A stretch of 60,075 nt of DNA. Origin: Minisyncoccota bacterium. GTDB taxonomy: Bacteria > Patescibacteriota > Microgenomatia > UBA1400 > PJMF01. Shown here piece by piece: positions 28,015 to 38,000 of the stretch. A model generated the notes under the pieces. The model was not told the origin of the DNA. It ran no database searches and saw only the letters and a list, made by a program, of their open reading frames with translations. A program made the position numbers and the translations under genes. Positions within the stretch are counted from its first letter, which is position 1; each line of letters begins with the position of its first letter. The DNA is taken from the NCBI GenBank assembly GCA_009991965.1, contig JAACWQ010000007.1, forward strand, positions 1 to 60,075, given 5' to 3'.

Positions 28015-30846
28015 TCAAAAGAATTTAGCTCCATACAAACGACTTTTCTCTTCTTTATCAGTGAAATTAATTGTTGTATCGTTTAATTCTGCTTGCGGAG
28101 CAATTCTCTCTGGCTGCAGCTCTGGTGGATAGCTTAGAGAAACACTCAGTGGAGCGGCGTTTGAACCTGGCTGCTTCTGGTTAAAAAAGACGTAAGATGA
28201 CGAGGTAGTGGCAAGCGAAAGTGGGGTGGAGTAAGAAAGTTCTGTGGTCAATGTGCCCCCAACTGGAACGGTGATAACCGCGCCAACCAAGGTCCGCTCG
28301 TGTTCAGTTGTCAGAGAAAGATCTTGAATTGAAATAGGGGAGCCATTGATGAGTAATTGTTCGTACTGTGAGCCTCGAGCCAAATAGTACCGCACAAAGG
28401 CGTGATATGGTCCTTTTGGCCAAGAACTTGACTGCGCGGTGTTTTTATACACCGTGGTTCTTGCGTGTTGTGCGAGTGTAGTAGAAAGTGTTATCTCGTG
28501 CGTAAGGTCTTTTGTCAGGTAGTAATTTGCTTTATTAATGCCAATGTTGGCCTCGACCTGATAAAACGGCTCAACCACACAGTTATCTGATGCGAGTTGA
28601 GAAGGGCAGGGTGGCTGCAAAACACTGCCACTCCAACCAAGCGCTTGAAACGTTGCTTGCTGAGACTCATCAGTCAGTGCAAACAATAAGTGTTGTTGCT
28701 CGGCCGCTTGCCTGGTGCTTTGTAGTATGGCGGGAAACTTTTCAACTGGCGCAGTCAGGAGTTTTTGCAACACTCTCTCGAGAACAACCGCGGAGTAATC
28801 CTTCGTTCCGCTCTCGGGAACCAAGACTGCTTCGGAGTGATACTCGAGGCGTTCAAAAAGATTTTTGTGTGTCAATACTTCGTTATATTCCGGCACATCA
28901 ATTGGTCCCAATGACTCAATAATATCCGCCAGACCTTGGGTGTCGATTGCGAGCACACCAGCAAGCTGCACATTGCGTGATCGATCAACAAACCAACGCA
29001 GAGTAGTGGCGGTAGTAGGAAAATCTGGATCCCAATTTGCGTCACGCGCATACCAATTTTTTTCTCCCAACAACCGCTCTATGTCTTGGGGTGGAGTCAC
29101 CGCACCACCAATACCCGCATCAAGTTCGTCACTGCCAATCGTCTGCACGTCAATTACTGAGCCCTGGACCAGGGTAACAAACGCCATGCTTTGTAAAAAA
29201 CCACCGGTTGGCCGCAGCTCTTGACTATTTTGAAACAAAATGGCATACGTTTGCTTGCTCGCAATGCCACTAAGAGCGGGGAGAAGAGGAACAATTTGTT
29301 GTTGTAAGCCAACTGCGCTCCGCAGGTCAGTAAGTTTAATCGAGAGTGCTGTCTGTAACTCTTGGTCTTCGCTCGACTCGCCTAGAATGTTAAAGAGTTC
29401 TGATTCGAGGGTTGCGAGTAATTCATAGGCTGTTTGCGACTGAGTCGTAGCGTTTTGGGCTAGCAAACTAATATCGCTGTCTGTTTGGCCAAAGAAGTGT
29501 TGCATGAGTGTTTGCTCTGTTTGGCGGGCTTGAGGCAAGGTCTCCGTATATTCTCTGAGAATTTTGGCGAGTGAAATGATTTTTTCAGCCTTAGATATCA
29601 TTGGTATATCAATCATTGATCCATAGCTATCAGCCTGTAACGCGAGTAGTGAATACCACCGTTGTTGCCAAACGCTTTGGGTTGGAGGCGGGGCATCGTC
29701 CTGCAATAAACTTGGCAACTCTGCCAAAACAGTACGTTGAGTGAGTGTCACACTGAGCCAAAAAAACAATGCCAAAAAAAGCATGCCAAGTGTTATGCCT
29801 GTTGAAATCAAACCAACCAGAAACAACGCGGTGTTTTTGCGCTTCTTTTTTGTTATGACTGTTTCTACCGCAACAACTTTTTTTGTTCGAGTTGTTTTGT
29901 GCTCTCGATATGAGTTGGCAAAAAGCGAGGTGATGTCTCCCACCACATCCATCACTTCTTTTTTGGGTGGCGCAATCACTTCTGGTTCTATCGCTGAAAT
30001 CTCCATTTCCTCAGCAACTTCCTCTACTGGTTGTTCGGCGGTGACAGTTGGGAGCACAAACAACGGTTGCCACTGTTGTGGCGAAGGTAAGGTTTTTATG
30101 TAGTTTTTTACAAAGTCTGACAAAGAAAAGAGCACTTTTTTTACCGATACATGAAAAGAAATTAATTTTGTTGTTTCGACTTGAATTGGGTTTAGAGCAA
30201 GCTGTGTCTGATGAATATTTTCATACAGCGTTTTTGCTTGGATGAGTAATTCGCTGCAGGCAATATCTGGGCCCTGAATTACAACACTCAATCGAGAGGG
30301 ATGAAACACAACGTGCTGCAGGTGTTCGAGCGCAGTTTGCAGCGAGCAGGGCGCAATCTCGAGCTCTGGCGAAAGCAGCTCTGTTGCTGGTAATTGCGCA
30401 AACACTTGTGCGAGCGGGGAAAGAGCGCCGCCATCGAGTAAATCGCGTATAAAAATAAGCTGTGTTTCTGGAAATAGCGCGGTCAGTTCCGAAAGAAAAT
30501 GTGCTTGTCGATTTGACACCTCTTGCCAAAGTCTGAGTTGCAGAGCAGGTGTGTTACACGGTGTTATGAGTGGAATCAAAAACTGCAGTTGGGGAAATCT
30601 GCCAAGCGTTGCAGCTATTTGTCTCAAATCCGTAGTTTGTGTTGGATCAAGCCAAAGCAGCACCCGATAGGCTCGCTGACACAATTCTTGCACGTGTTTG
30701 TCTTGCAATTTGTCTTGCGCAAAACAACTAATCGTCACGCCCTGCGTGTTGAGGGCCGCCACAATTTGCTTTGTGTGAGAATTTTCATCGGTAAAAAAAA
30801 CCACTTCAGGCTGATCGTTGATCGCTTGGGTCAAAAGGGCAGACAT
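28015..30846 (-). CDS. DUF4012-domain membrane protein
   Basis: YAILFQNSQELRPTGGF, RDANWDPDFP, EANIGINKAN, QKQPG. Confidence 0.8.
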   Translation of the reverse strand: MSALLTQAINDQPEVVFFTDENSHTKQIVAALNTQGVTISCFAQDKLQDKHVQELCQRAYRVLLWLDPTQTTDLRQIAATLGRFPQLQFLIPLITPCNTPALQLRLWQEVSNRQAHFLSELTALFPETQLIFIRDLLDGGALSPLAQVFAQLPATELLSPELEIAPCSLQTALEHLQHVVFHPSRLSVVIQGPDIACSELLIQAKTLYENIHQTQLALNPIQVETTKLISFHVSVKKVLFSLSDFVKNYIKTLPSPQQWQPLFVLPTVTAEQPVEEVAEEMEISAIEPEVIAPPKKEVMDVVGDITSLFANSYREHKTTRTKKVVAVETVITKKKRKNTALFLVGLISTGITLGMLFLALFFWLSVTLTQRTVLAELPSLLQDDAPPPTQSVWQQRWYSLLALQADSYGSMIDIPMISKAEKIISLAKILREYTETLPQARQTEQTLMQHFFGQTDSDISLLAQNATTQSQTAYELLATLESELFNILGESSEDQELQTALSIKLTDLRSAVGLQQQIVPLLPALSGIASKQTYAILFQNSQELRPTGGFLQSMAFVTLVQGSVIDVQTIGSDELDAGIGGAVTPPQDIERLLGEKNWYARDANWDPDFPTTATTLRWFVDRSRNVQLAGVLAIDTQGLADIIESLGPIDVPEYNEVLTHKNLFERLEYHSEAVLVPESGTKDYSAVVLERVLQKLLTAPVEKFPAILQSTRQAAEQQHLLFALTDESQQATFQALGWSGSVLQPPCPSQLASDNCVVEPFYQVEANIGINKANYYLTKDLTHEITLSTTLAQHARTTVYKNTAQSSSWPKGPYHAFVRYYLARGSQYEQLLINGSPISIQDLSLTTEHERTLVGAVITVPVGGTLTTELSYSTPLSLATTSSSYVFFNQKQPGSNAAPLSVSLSYPPELQPERIAPQAELNDTTINFTDKEEKSRLYGAKFF

Positions 30847-30869
30847 ACTACAAAAGTATAGTCGGGGAG

Positions 30870-31283
30870 TTAGATTGCGTCGAGTGTGGTATTCACCAGC
30901 GCGTCAGCATGCGCATTTTCTTCTCGAGGAACATGTTGAAAATTGCAAGGTAATGATAGCTGTGCTAACAACTGCCAACACTGTTGCGCTAGATTGCGCA
31001 GGCGAGGTTCTTTAATTTTCCAGCGACGAGCAAGTTGTTCAACAACCAGTTTTGAGTCGAGTTTCCAAGTAATTTCTTGTACATCGGGAAGGGTTTTGAG
31101 TGTTTTTTGTAGCTGCTCTAGCCCAAGAATAACAGCGGTGTATTCAGCCACATTATTGGTTGTCTCGCCAAGGTATTTTCCAAACTCAAACACAACGCTT
31201 TTGTCATTGAAACAAACAACTCCAACAGCCGCTGGGCCAGGATTTCCACGCGCACCACCATCTGAAAAAAGCGTCAGCTTCAT
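30870..31283 (-). CDS. rnhA: Ribonuclease HI (archaeal-like type)
   Basis: DGGARGNPGPAA, TNNVAEY, DSKLVVEQ, HVPREENAHADAL. Confidence 0.93.
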   Translation of the reverse strand: MKLTLFSDGGARGNPGPAAVGVVCFNDKSVVFEFGKYLGETTNNVAEYTAVILGLEQLQKTLKTLPDVQEITWKLDSKLVVEQLARRWKIKEPRLRNLAQQCWQLLAQLSLPCNFQHVPREENAHADALVNTTLDAI

Positions 31284-31741
31284 GCTTGCTTACGCTGGAT
31301 TTGCAATCTACGATCTCGACCATCGCCGGTCGAAATACTCTCAAGCTCTGCGGCTTCGGGCATTTCGCTCAATGCGGTGTGAATAATAAATCGCTCGTAT
31401 GCAGGTAAGAAAGAGTGAAAGGTATAGACCGACTCACCAGACAAGACGCGTTCGACTGCTTCTTTTGTGAGTTCTGTAAGTTTGTCTGCTCGTTGCTGTC
31501 GATAATCGTTGATGTTGAGAACAATTTTGTCTTCTGCTGTTTCCTGGAAAATAATGCGTGTTAGGCGTTGAATTGATTCGAGGGTTTCGCCATGAAAACC
31601 AATAAACAAACCAGAATCATCCTCTGGAACAGAGAGGGTAATTTGTTTTGTTTTGTCGAGTTGTTCTTCTGCATAGCCGATAGAGTCTGCCTCTAGGCCA
31701 CAGTGTTCGCACATCTGGGTTAAAAAAGCTTGAATGGTCAT
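31280..31741 (-). CDS. jag: Jag/KhpB RNA-binding protein (KH + R3H)
   Basis: IGFHGETLESIQ, ERFIIH, S.GDG.DR; directly downstream of yidC. Confidence 0.85.
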   Translation of the reverse strand: MTIQAFLTQMCEHCGLEADSIGYAEEQLDKTKQITLSVPEDDSGLFIGFHGETLESIQRLTRIIFQETAEDKIVLNINDYRQQRADKLTELTKEAVERVLSGESVYTFHSFLPAYERFIIHTALSEMPEAAELESISTGDGRDRRLQIQRKQA

Positions 31742-32484
31742 ACTCGTTCTCCTCGAATTTTTTGCAGTACTCCTACTACCTGTTGTTTCATCCCGCCAAA
31801 GCCGGAAACATAATACTGCTGAATAACACTAAAAACTGTTGTAATTACCCAATATAACGCAAGTCCGGAAGGAAATCTCAGTGCAATAAAAGCGGTAAAA
31901 AGCGGCATCATAAAAATCATTTGTTTTTGCATTGTTTGTGCCATATCTCCAATGCCTTCTGGGGCTTTCTCAACTTTTTTTGCAGTCGACTTCTTATCAG
32001 GTGCTGTTTTGACTGGCGCCATCATGAGTGACAAAACGAGTTGTGTTAATCCGGCCAGCACTGGCAAAACATAGAGTGAGTCAGGATGTCGTAAATCGAG
32101 CCAAAAAAAATGTGGATTAATAACCACACCATTCACCACTTCTTGAGAAAGAAATTTGAGTAAAAATTGGTATAACACAATTAAAATTACTAGTTGAATA
32201 ATTTGAGGAATACAACCTGCGACTGGATTGACTTTGTTTTTTTGATATAGCTCAAGTTGAGCCTGCTGCATCGCTTTTTTGTCTTTTCCGTGCTTACCTT
32301 TTAGTTTGTCGAGTTCTGGTTGAAGATCTCGCATCTTTGTCATTGCGCGCTGTGACTGCAGGCTAAGAGGAAATAATAACGAGCGGAGGAGTAAAGTAAA
32401 AATGATAATCGCCCAACCCAAATTGCCCGTAAGAGTGTGGAGCTCAACGATACCAAGTGTAAATAACTGTGTAATCCATTGCAT
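31738..32484 (-). CDS. yidC: Membrane protein insertase YidC
   Basis: GWAII.FT, LQPEL, NPVAGCIP, PSGLALYW. Confidence 0.93.
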   Translation of the reverse strand: MQWITQLFTLGIVELHTLTGNLGWAIIIFTLLLRSLLFPLSLQSQRAMTKMRDLQPELDKLKGKHGKDKKAMQQAQLELYQKNKVNPVAGCIPQIIQLVILIVLYQFLLKFLSQEVVNGVVINPHFFWLDLRHPDSLYVLPVLAGLTQLVLSLMMAPVKTAPDKKSTAKKVEKAPEGIGDMAQTMQKQMIFMMPLFTAFIALRFPSGLALYWVITTVFSVIQQYYVSGFGGMKQQVVGVLQKIRGERV

Positions 32485-32492
32485 ATATCAAC

Positions 32493-32675
32493 CTAAATAC
32501 AAGTAATTAATTGCTTTCCAGCTCGAAAAAATGTTTTCCAATCTTTTGTTTGCACTGCGGTTAGTGTGATTTCTCCACAGGTTGGTGTGTGTTTACAAGG
32601 AATTGCAATACCAAACACGCTTGCAAGCAACACCTGACGAACAGCCCGAGAAAAAGAGTAGAGCGCAAGTAACAT
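32493..32675 (-). CDS. yidD: YidD-like membrane protein insertion efficiency factor (short)
   Basis: CKHTPTC...C three-Cys pattern; lies between rnpA and yidC. Confidence 0.65.
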   Translation of the reverse strand: MLLALYSFSRAVRQVLLASVFGIAIPCKHTPTCGEITLTAVQTKDWKTFFRAGKQLITCI

Positions 32676-33022
32676 TATTTTCCTGTCGAGGAGTATACCT
32701 TGTTACCTCTGTCTTGCAACTCCCGAAGTATGTGTGTTTTGTCCTGTGAGAGAAAGTTTTTTTGCAAAACCAAAACATATTCTAGGGGAGCGAGAACGTT
32801 TTGTTGTAGTAATTCTGCACAGAATGCTCTGGCGCGACGTTTTAATTTATTTCGTTCTACCGCTAGTCGTGTAGATTTTTTTGGGGCCATACAAGTAATT
32901 TGAGCTTCAGGATGAATCTGTTTGCGAATAAAGGTGGTAAATCCACTTCCAGAAAGCCGCGTGGCCTGAGAAAAAAAGTTTTTCTCACCCCGCAACTGTA
33001 AGCGGTTAATTTTTTTAAGCAT
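32675..33022 (-). CDS. rnpA: Ribonuclease P protein component
   Basis: MLKKINRL, KK...AVERNKLKRR. Confidence 0.88.
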   Translation of the reverse strand: MLKKINRLQLRGEKNFFSQATRLSGSGFTTFIRKQIHPEAQITCMAPKKSTRLAVERNKLKRRARAFCAELLQQNVLAPLEYVLVLQKNFLSQDKTHILRELQDRGNKVYSSTGK

Positions 33023-33028
33023 ACAAAA

Positions 33029-33169
33029 TTATGAAACTGCCAGGCTTGTTCTGCCTTTTGCGCGACGACGCTTGATCATCATTTGACCACCTAAAGATCT
33101 CATGCGAGCCAAGAAGCCATGTTTGCGAATGCGTTTTTTTTGTTTTGGTTGCCAAGTTCTTCGTGACAT
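33029..33169 (-). CDS. rpmH: 50S ribosomal protein L34 (absent from the ORF track)
   Basis: Manual translation: [46 protein letters not shown]. Confidence 0.95.
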   Translation of the reverse strand: MSRRTWQPKQKKRIRKHGFLARMRSLGGQMMIKRRRAKGRTSLAVS

Positions 33170-33179
33170 AGAGGCGGTA

Positions 33180-34280
33180 TTATACCACTCGAAATGGCAT
33201 CACGACGTAGAGAAATGAGGGAAGTTCAATAGAGCGAAATAAAACTGGCTTGAGGGGTTCGGTCATACTCAATTGCACCTCCAGAGAGGAAAACTGTTTT
33301 AACATATCGAGTAGATATAGTGCATTGAAAGCGACAACAAGTGCATTGCCAGTAACTTTTGCTGAGGTGAGTGAACCAACAAATGAGCCTTCAGTGGTAG
33401 TTGGCGTCGTGATTTCAACACCAACTTCGCTAAACGAAAACTGCACAATATGCGACGAAGCACTCGTAAGTACATGTGCTCTGCGGATTTGTTCGAGTAA
33501 TTCGTCTGCGTCACAGAGCACTGTGGTAGTTGCATCACTCGGAATTATTTGCTCAAAGGGAGGATACTCTCCCTCGACTAGGCGAGAGAAAATAACACTA
33601 TCACCGATATGTGCGAGTATTTGCTGTAATTCGTTAGAAATTAGCAGCTCTATTTGTGAGACGTCTTCTGATTGTGCGAGGCGTACATACTCAGAAATAG
33701 TGCGAGCAGGCACAAGTAGTTTTTTTGCTTCTGGCTCAGGAGGCATACCAAACACAGAAAGTCTAAAGCCGTCAGTACCCACTGCTCTAAAAGCAGTTGT
33801 AGAAAGTTCTAGTTGTACAGCGGTTAAAACTGGACGAGTTACATCTTTTGAGACACTCGGAAGAATATATTGTTCGACAGCCAACAAATCACTCGTAGCT
33901 AAAATAGTTTTTTCTCCAGTTACCTCGGGAAATTCTGGATATTCATCGATAGCGAGTGTTTGTAGTGTCACCTTCGTCGCGGTAGAAACCAAACTGAGTG
34001 CACCATTTTTTTCCTCTACAATTATTTCTCCCTCTGGAAACGAAGCAATTGTCGAAAGCAATAGTTTTCCTGGGACAACTATGGTTCCAGAAGCAACTAT
34101 GTTTGCCTGTACCGGCACTTGCATACCAAGATATAAGTCTGTTGCGGTTAAAAGGAGCGCATCTTGATTCACCGAAATATGGACTGCGGCTAAAACGGGG
34201 AGTTGCGGCTTTGTTGGTAGTACACGTTGAAGTTTTTGTAATGCAGAAAGAAAATATTTTTTAGAAACCGAGAATTGCAT
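33180..34280 (-). CDS. dnaN: DNA polymerase III beta clamp
   Basis: [32 protein letters not shown]. Confidence 0.95.
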   Translation of the reverse strand: MQFSVSKKYFLSALQKLQRVLPTKPQLPVLAAVHISVNQDALLLTATDLYLGMQVPVQANIVASGTIVVPGKLLLSTIASFPEGEIIVEEKNGALSLVSTATKVTLQTLAIDEYPEFPEVTGEKTILATSDLLAVEQYILPSVSKDVTRPVLTAVQLELSTTAFRAVGTDGFRLSVFGMPPEPEAKKLLVPARTISEYVRLAQSEDVSQIELLISNELQQILAHIGDSVIFSRLVEGEYPPFEQIIPSDATTTVLCDADELLEQIRRAHVLTSASSHIVQFSFSEVGVEITTPTTTEGSFVGSLTSAKVTGNALVVAFNALYLLDMLKQFSSLEVQLSMTEPLKPVLFRSIELPSFLYVVMPFRVV

Positions 34281-34534
34281 GTGTGCATTGTACTGTATTT
34301 ACTTAAGTATCAATTAGTAGTTGTTGTAGTAGTAGGCTGTATAAGAAGTGGGTATAAACATGCTTTTTACTCAAGAAATAAGCCGTGAATAAGTATTGTA
34401 AAAATCAAGGTAAAAAAGCGTGAATAATATGTGAATTATCGGGGATTGTAGGTGATAACTTTTGTAGCAATTACACAAAGAACAAAAAGCTTTACACAGC
34501 TACCCACATGCAATGCACTTGTTATCACCAACAA
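34281..34534. other. Replication origin oriC (dnaA-dnaN intergenic) with DnaA-trios and DnaA boxes
   Basis: TAG TAG TTG TTG TAG TAG TAG (34315-34335), then GC, then TGTATAAGA and TGGGTATAA boxes (34338-34357). Further box-like CGTGAATAA (34384, 34419) and TGTGAATTA (34430). Confidence 0.8.
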
Positions 34535-36013
34535 TTAGGCCTGGAGAGATTTGCGAATAAAAGCTATTTCTCGTTGCAATTGTTGGTCGAGTAGCACTTC
34601 TTTTTCAATTTTCTTTACGGCGTGTAAAACACTCGTGTGATCTCGATTGGCAAACCAGCGACCAATTTCTATAAGCGGCAACGAAAGCTCTTGTTTGAGG
34701 AGATACATCGCGATATGTCGTGCAGTAACCAGATTTTTTACGCGACTTTTTCCTTTGATAGCAATTTGTTTGACCGAAAAATGTGTGGCAACGGTTTTAA
34801 TAATTTCACTCGGGGAAGTACGTTGTGAGAGACGTTGCTCCAACGGCTGAGAATTGGAGATGAGTTGTTCGATTAATTCTTCGTTAATTTCTCGACCCTG
34901 AAGTTCCACCGCAGAACGGAGAAGAGTAATAATACCCTCAATCCTTCGAGCTGAATCAACAGTTTCAGCAATGCGTTTCGCGAGATCAATTGTGATGGCG
35001 AGATTTTGAGCTTGGCTTTTGAGAAGAATAATTGCGGTTCTCAGTTCAAACGACGGTTCTTGAATATCAATCATAAGTCCTGCTTCAAACCGAGAACGCA
35101 AACGATCTTCGAGAAGACGAATTTCTTGTGGCGGTCGATCTGAAGTGAGTACAACCTGACAATTCTTTTTAGTTAGTGCATTGAAAGTATGAAAAAATTC
35201 TTCTTGCACCGCATTTTTTCCTGCAATAAATTGAATGTCGTCAATGAGAAGTACTTGTGCCGAACGATAGCGATCTTTGAATTGACTGGCTCGTTTTGTC
35301 TGAATGGCCTGGACAATTTCATTAGTAAACTCTTCGCCGGTACAGTAAATCATCTGACTCTGAGGATTGGCTCGCAAAATATTATTGGCAATCGCGTGCA
35401 TAAGGTGCGTTTTGCCGACCCCAACCCCTCCATATAGAAAGAGTGGATTATATGAGCTGCCGGGCTGATTTGACACCGCTGTGGCTGCCGCATGAGCCAT
35501 CTCATTACTGGTTGAGACCGCAAATGTTTCAAAAGTGAAGTCTGGGCGCAAACCAATCTGTTTACTGCGCAAAAGCCTGCGATCAATGGAGGCGGTCTCA
35601 AGTGTGGCGGGAGAAAATAACTCTTCAACTCGAGGGGATGGAGAGTACTCTGGTCGAGTAAGCAGCGAATTGAATGTCTGATTTTTGTCTGGCGCATGTA
35701 TTCTTTTTTCTTCTTTGGAGACCGTTGGGAGCGAACCGATAAAATAAACAACTTCTACCTGATGTTTGGTGAGGTCGCTCAGAGATTGGATAAACTTTGA
35801 GTGAAAATTCTTTTTGACGTTAGTTGAATGAAATGCGGTTGGACTAGTAATGGTAGCCTGCGCGTGCTGTGTATCAATATATTCAAGACTTGTGAGTGGG
35901 TTGGCGACAATCCACGTATTAAAAACAGCCGAGCTTAATTCGGTTTTGAGCTGCGCACAGCATTGCTGCCAAACACGAGAAACTTCTTCTGGTGAGAGAA
36001 TTTTGGATTCCAT
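34535..36013 (-). CDS. dnaA: Chromosomal replication initiator DnaA
   Basis: YNPLFLYGGVGVGKTHLM, LLIDDIQF, QEEFFHTFN, RLRSRF, RDHTSVLHA. Confidence 0.97.
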   Translation of the reverse strand: MESKILSPEEVSRVWQQCCAQLKTELSSAVFNTWIVANPLTSLEYIDTQHAQATITSPTAFHSTNVKKNFHSKFIQSLSDLTKHQVEVVYFIGSLPTVSKEEKRIHAPDKNQTFNSLLTRPEYSPSPRVEELFSPATLETASIDRRLLRSKQIGLRPDFTFETFAVSTSNEMAHAAATAVSNQPGSSYNPLFLYGGVGVGKTHLMHAIANNILRANPQSQMIYCTGEEFTNEIVQAIQTKRASQFKDRYRSAQVLLIDDIQFIAGKNAVQEEFFHTFNALTKKNCQVVLTSDRPPQEIRLLEDRLRSRFEAGLMIDIQEPSFELRTAIILLKSQAQNLAITIDLAKRIAETVDSARRIEGIITLLRSAVELQGREINEELIEQLISNSQPLEQRLSQRTSPSEIIKTVATHFSVKQIAIKGKSRVKNLVTARHIAMYLLKQELSLPLIEIGRWFANRDHTSVLHAVKKIEKEVLLDQQLQREIAFIRKSLQA

Positions 36014-36035
36014 AATATGTGGGGCAGAGAGTTAG

Positions 36036-36056
36036 TTATACACAGTCTTTTCCACA
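36036..36056 (+). promoter_or_regulatory. Two consensus DnaA boxes upstream of dnaA
   Basis: TTATACACA (36036-36044) and TTTTCCACA (36048-36056) both match TTWTNCACA. Confidence 0.8.
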
Positions 36057-36078
36057 CTTGGCAAGGGAGAGATTGTTG

Positions 36079-37992
36079 TTATTGGGACGGAGGTTGGTAG
36101 TCGTCGATCGTGCTTGTGAGTGATTCTCGAGTAGCTTTTGGTACTTGGGGTACTACTGCAGTTTCCAGCGCTCTTTGTTTGTTTTTCTGCAAAATTTCTT
36201 CTGGATCCGTAGTGATAATGCCATGTTCCTCCGGACTTGCTACAACGCGGAGCGCAACGTGATTCTGTCCAGCAAAAAAGATGCCTTCGCCAACATCGGC
36301 GGTTACTAATAATTGCCGCTCTCCTTGCGAAAGATAAAACGTTTCCGCTAAAACAGGAATAGATGCGGTCGATTGTTTCATTAAAAACTGAATTGAGGCG
36401 TTTGAGATAATGGCTTTGCCATACTCATTGGAAACAAAATCTTCTACATCCTGAGTAATTGTGGTAATACCAAGGTAATATTTCCGCGCACGCTTGACCA
36501 TTGAATAGATAAAGGAGGCCGAATCCTTCGTCTTCATAAAGTACCAAGCCTCATCAATAACAAGAATACGTTTCTTGAGTTTTTTCTTCACCCGTGTCCA
36601 GATGTAGTCGAGGATAATATACATAGCAATTGGTCTCAGACCCTCTTCCATTTCTTTGACGGAAAAAACTGTTAGTTGATTGGTAATATCAAAATTGGAA
36701 GGTTGGTCAAAAATGCCGCGGAATGAGCCAGTGATAAATTTTTCCAAACGAGCCGCGATGTTATTGGCGTCTTCGGTTTCCATGCCAATCAGCGCTTTAT
36801 ACACATCTTCCATGAGTGGCGGCTCAAGAGTTTGGGTGGCTGGATCTGGCGTAATACCCTTGGCTTTGTAGGCGGCCACGAGCGCACGATCGAGGAGCGC
36901 ATCTTGCTGCGGGGTCATTTCACCCAGCATGACTTTGAGCAAACCATGGAGTGAAATTATTTTTTGACCAAGCTCGTTTTCACCCTCTTCGTAGATATTA
37001 GAAAGATCAAAGGGATTAATGCGCGCTTTTGAACTAAAAGTGAAATTGAGATATTCGCCCCCAACTGCCTTTGATAAATCTTCGTACTCATGCTCAGGAT
37101 CAAGCACAATAACCTCTATCCCAAACATAAGTTGGCGGAGTATCTCGAGTTTGACAGTATATGATTTTCCTGCACCAGATTTGGCAAAGATAATCATGTT
37201 GGCGTTTTCCATTTGGAAGCGGTCAAAAATAACCAACGAATCATTGTGTTCGTTGATGCCATACATAATGCCGCTCTCCATCGTCAACTCCGAAGAGGTA
37301 AAAGGAAAAGTGGTGGCAAGTGAAGTGGTGTCCATGTTGCGGGTTACAAGCAGTTTATCGACACCCATCGGCAACGTTGTTTTAAATCCCTCGTCCATTT
37401 GCAAGGTGGCGTTTTTGGAAACTATTAATAACGAGCCGAGTGACGACTGAATGCTCTTGGTTACGCGATTGAGTTCCTCAAGTGATTGCGCTGTTGCAGT
37501 GACATAGAGACCAAATTGAAAAAATCGTTCTGAGCCTTTGGCAAGTTCTTCGCGGATAAATCGTGCGTCTTCGAGTTTTACCTCGGTGTTGATATTGCTG
37601 ATTTTGCCATTGCGCAGATCTGATTGGATTTCGGCTTCCATCTCAGTAATTTTTCGCTTTAGGTTGTCGAGCACCTCTCCAGAATCAACTGGAAAAATAA
37701 ACATTGAAACATGCATTTGGTGCGGAAAGTTGATAAGTGGGCCAAGCCAGTTGGCTGGCACGCTTCTGGGGTAACCAGCCACAAAAAGCGTGCGCGTATA
37801 AGTCGAGTTAATTTTTTGATAGGTAAAATCAACCTCAATTGCCTCAGGAGCAATAATATCCTGAATTGTTACTAAGCCACGCGAAAACTCTTGAATTTTT
37901 TCAAGTGATCGAGCCTGAGCGTCATCCTTGGTGGGGGTGGTATCAGCTTTTGGCTTTTTTCCGAATGGTAGTAAAGAACTCAGGCTGGGCAT
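36079..37992 (-). CDS. VirB4/TraE-like ATPase
   Basis: AKSGAGKSYTVK, VLDPEHEY, INPFD, VIDEAW, RARKY, TQDVEDF. Confidence 0.88.
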   Translation of the reverse strand: MPSLSSLLPFGKKPKADTTPTKDDAQARSLEKIQEFSRGLVTIQDIIAPEAIEVDFTYQKINSTYTRTLFVAGYPRSVPANWLGPLINFPHQMHVSMFIFPVDSGEVLDNLKRKITEMEAEIQSDLRNGKISNINTEVKLEDARFIREELAKGSERFFQFGLYVTATAQSLEELNRVTKSIQSSLGSLLIVSKNATLQMDEGFKTTLPMGVDKLLVTRNMDTTSLATTFPFTSSELTMESGIMYGINEHNDSLVIFDRFQMENANMIIFAKSGAGKSYTVKLEILRQLMFGIEVIVLDPEHEYEDLSKAVGGEYLNFTFSSKARINPFDLSNIYEEGENELGQKIISLHGLLKVMLGEMTPQQDALLDRALVAAYKAKGITPDPATQTLEPPLMEDVYKALIGMETEDANNIAARLEKFITGSFRGIFDQPSNFDITNQLTVFSVKEMEEGLRPIAMYIILDYIWTRVKKKLKKRILVIDEAWYFMKTKDSASFIYSMVKRARKYYLGITTITQDVEDFVSNEYGKAIISNASIQFLMKQSTASIPVLAETFYLSQGERQLLVTADVGEGIFFAGQNHVALRVVASPEEHGIITTDPEEILQKNKQRALETAVVPQVPKATRESLTSTIDDYQPPSQ

Positions 37993-38000
37993 CGAGTATC

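Noticed and set aside
33250..34167. 305-aa ORF antisense to dnaN, and many other shadow ORFs
   Set aside because: They are fully antisense or out of frame to confident genes, with no motifs or start signals.
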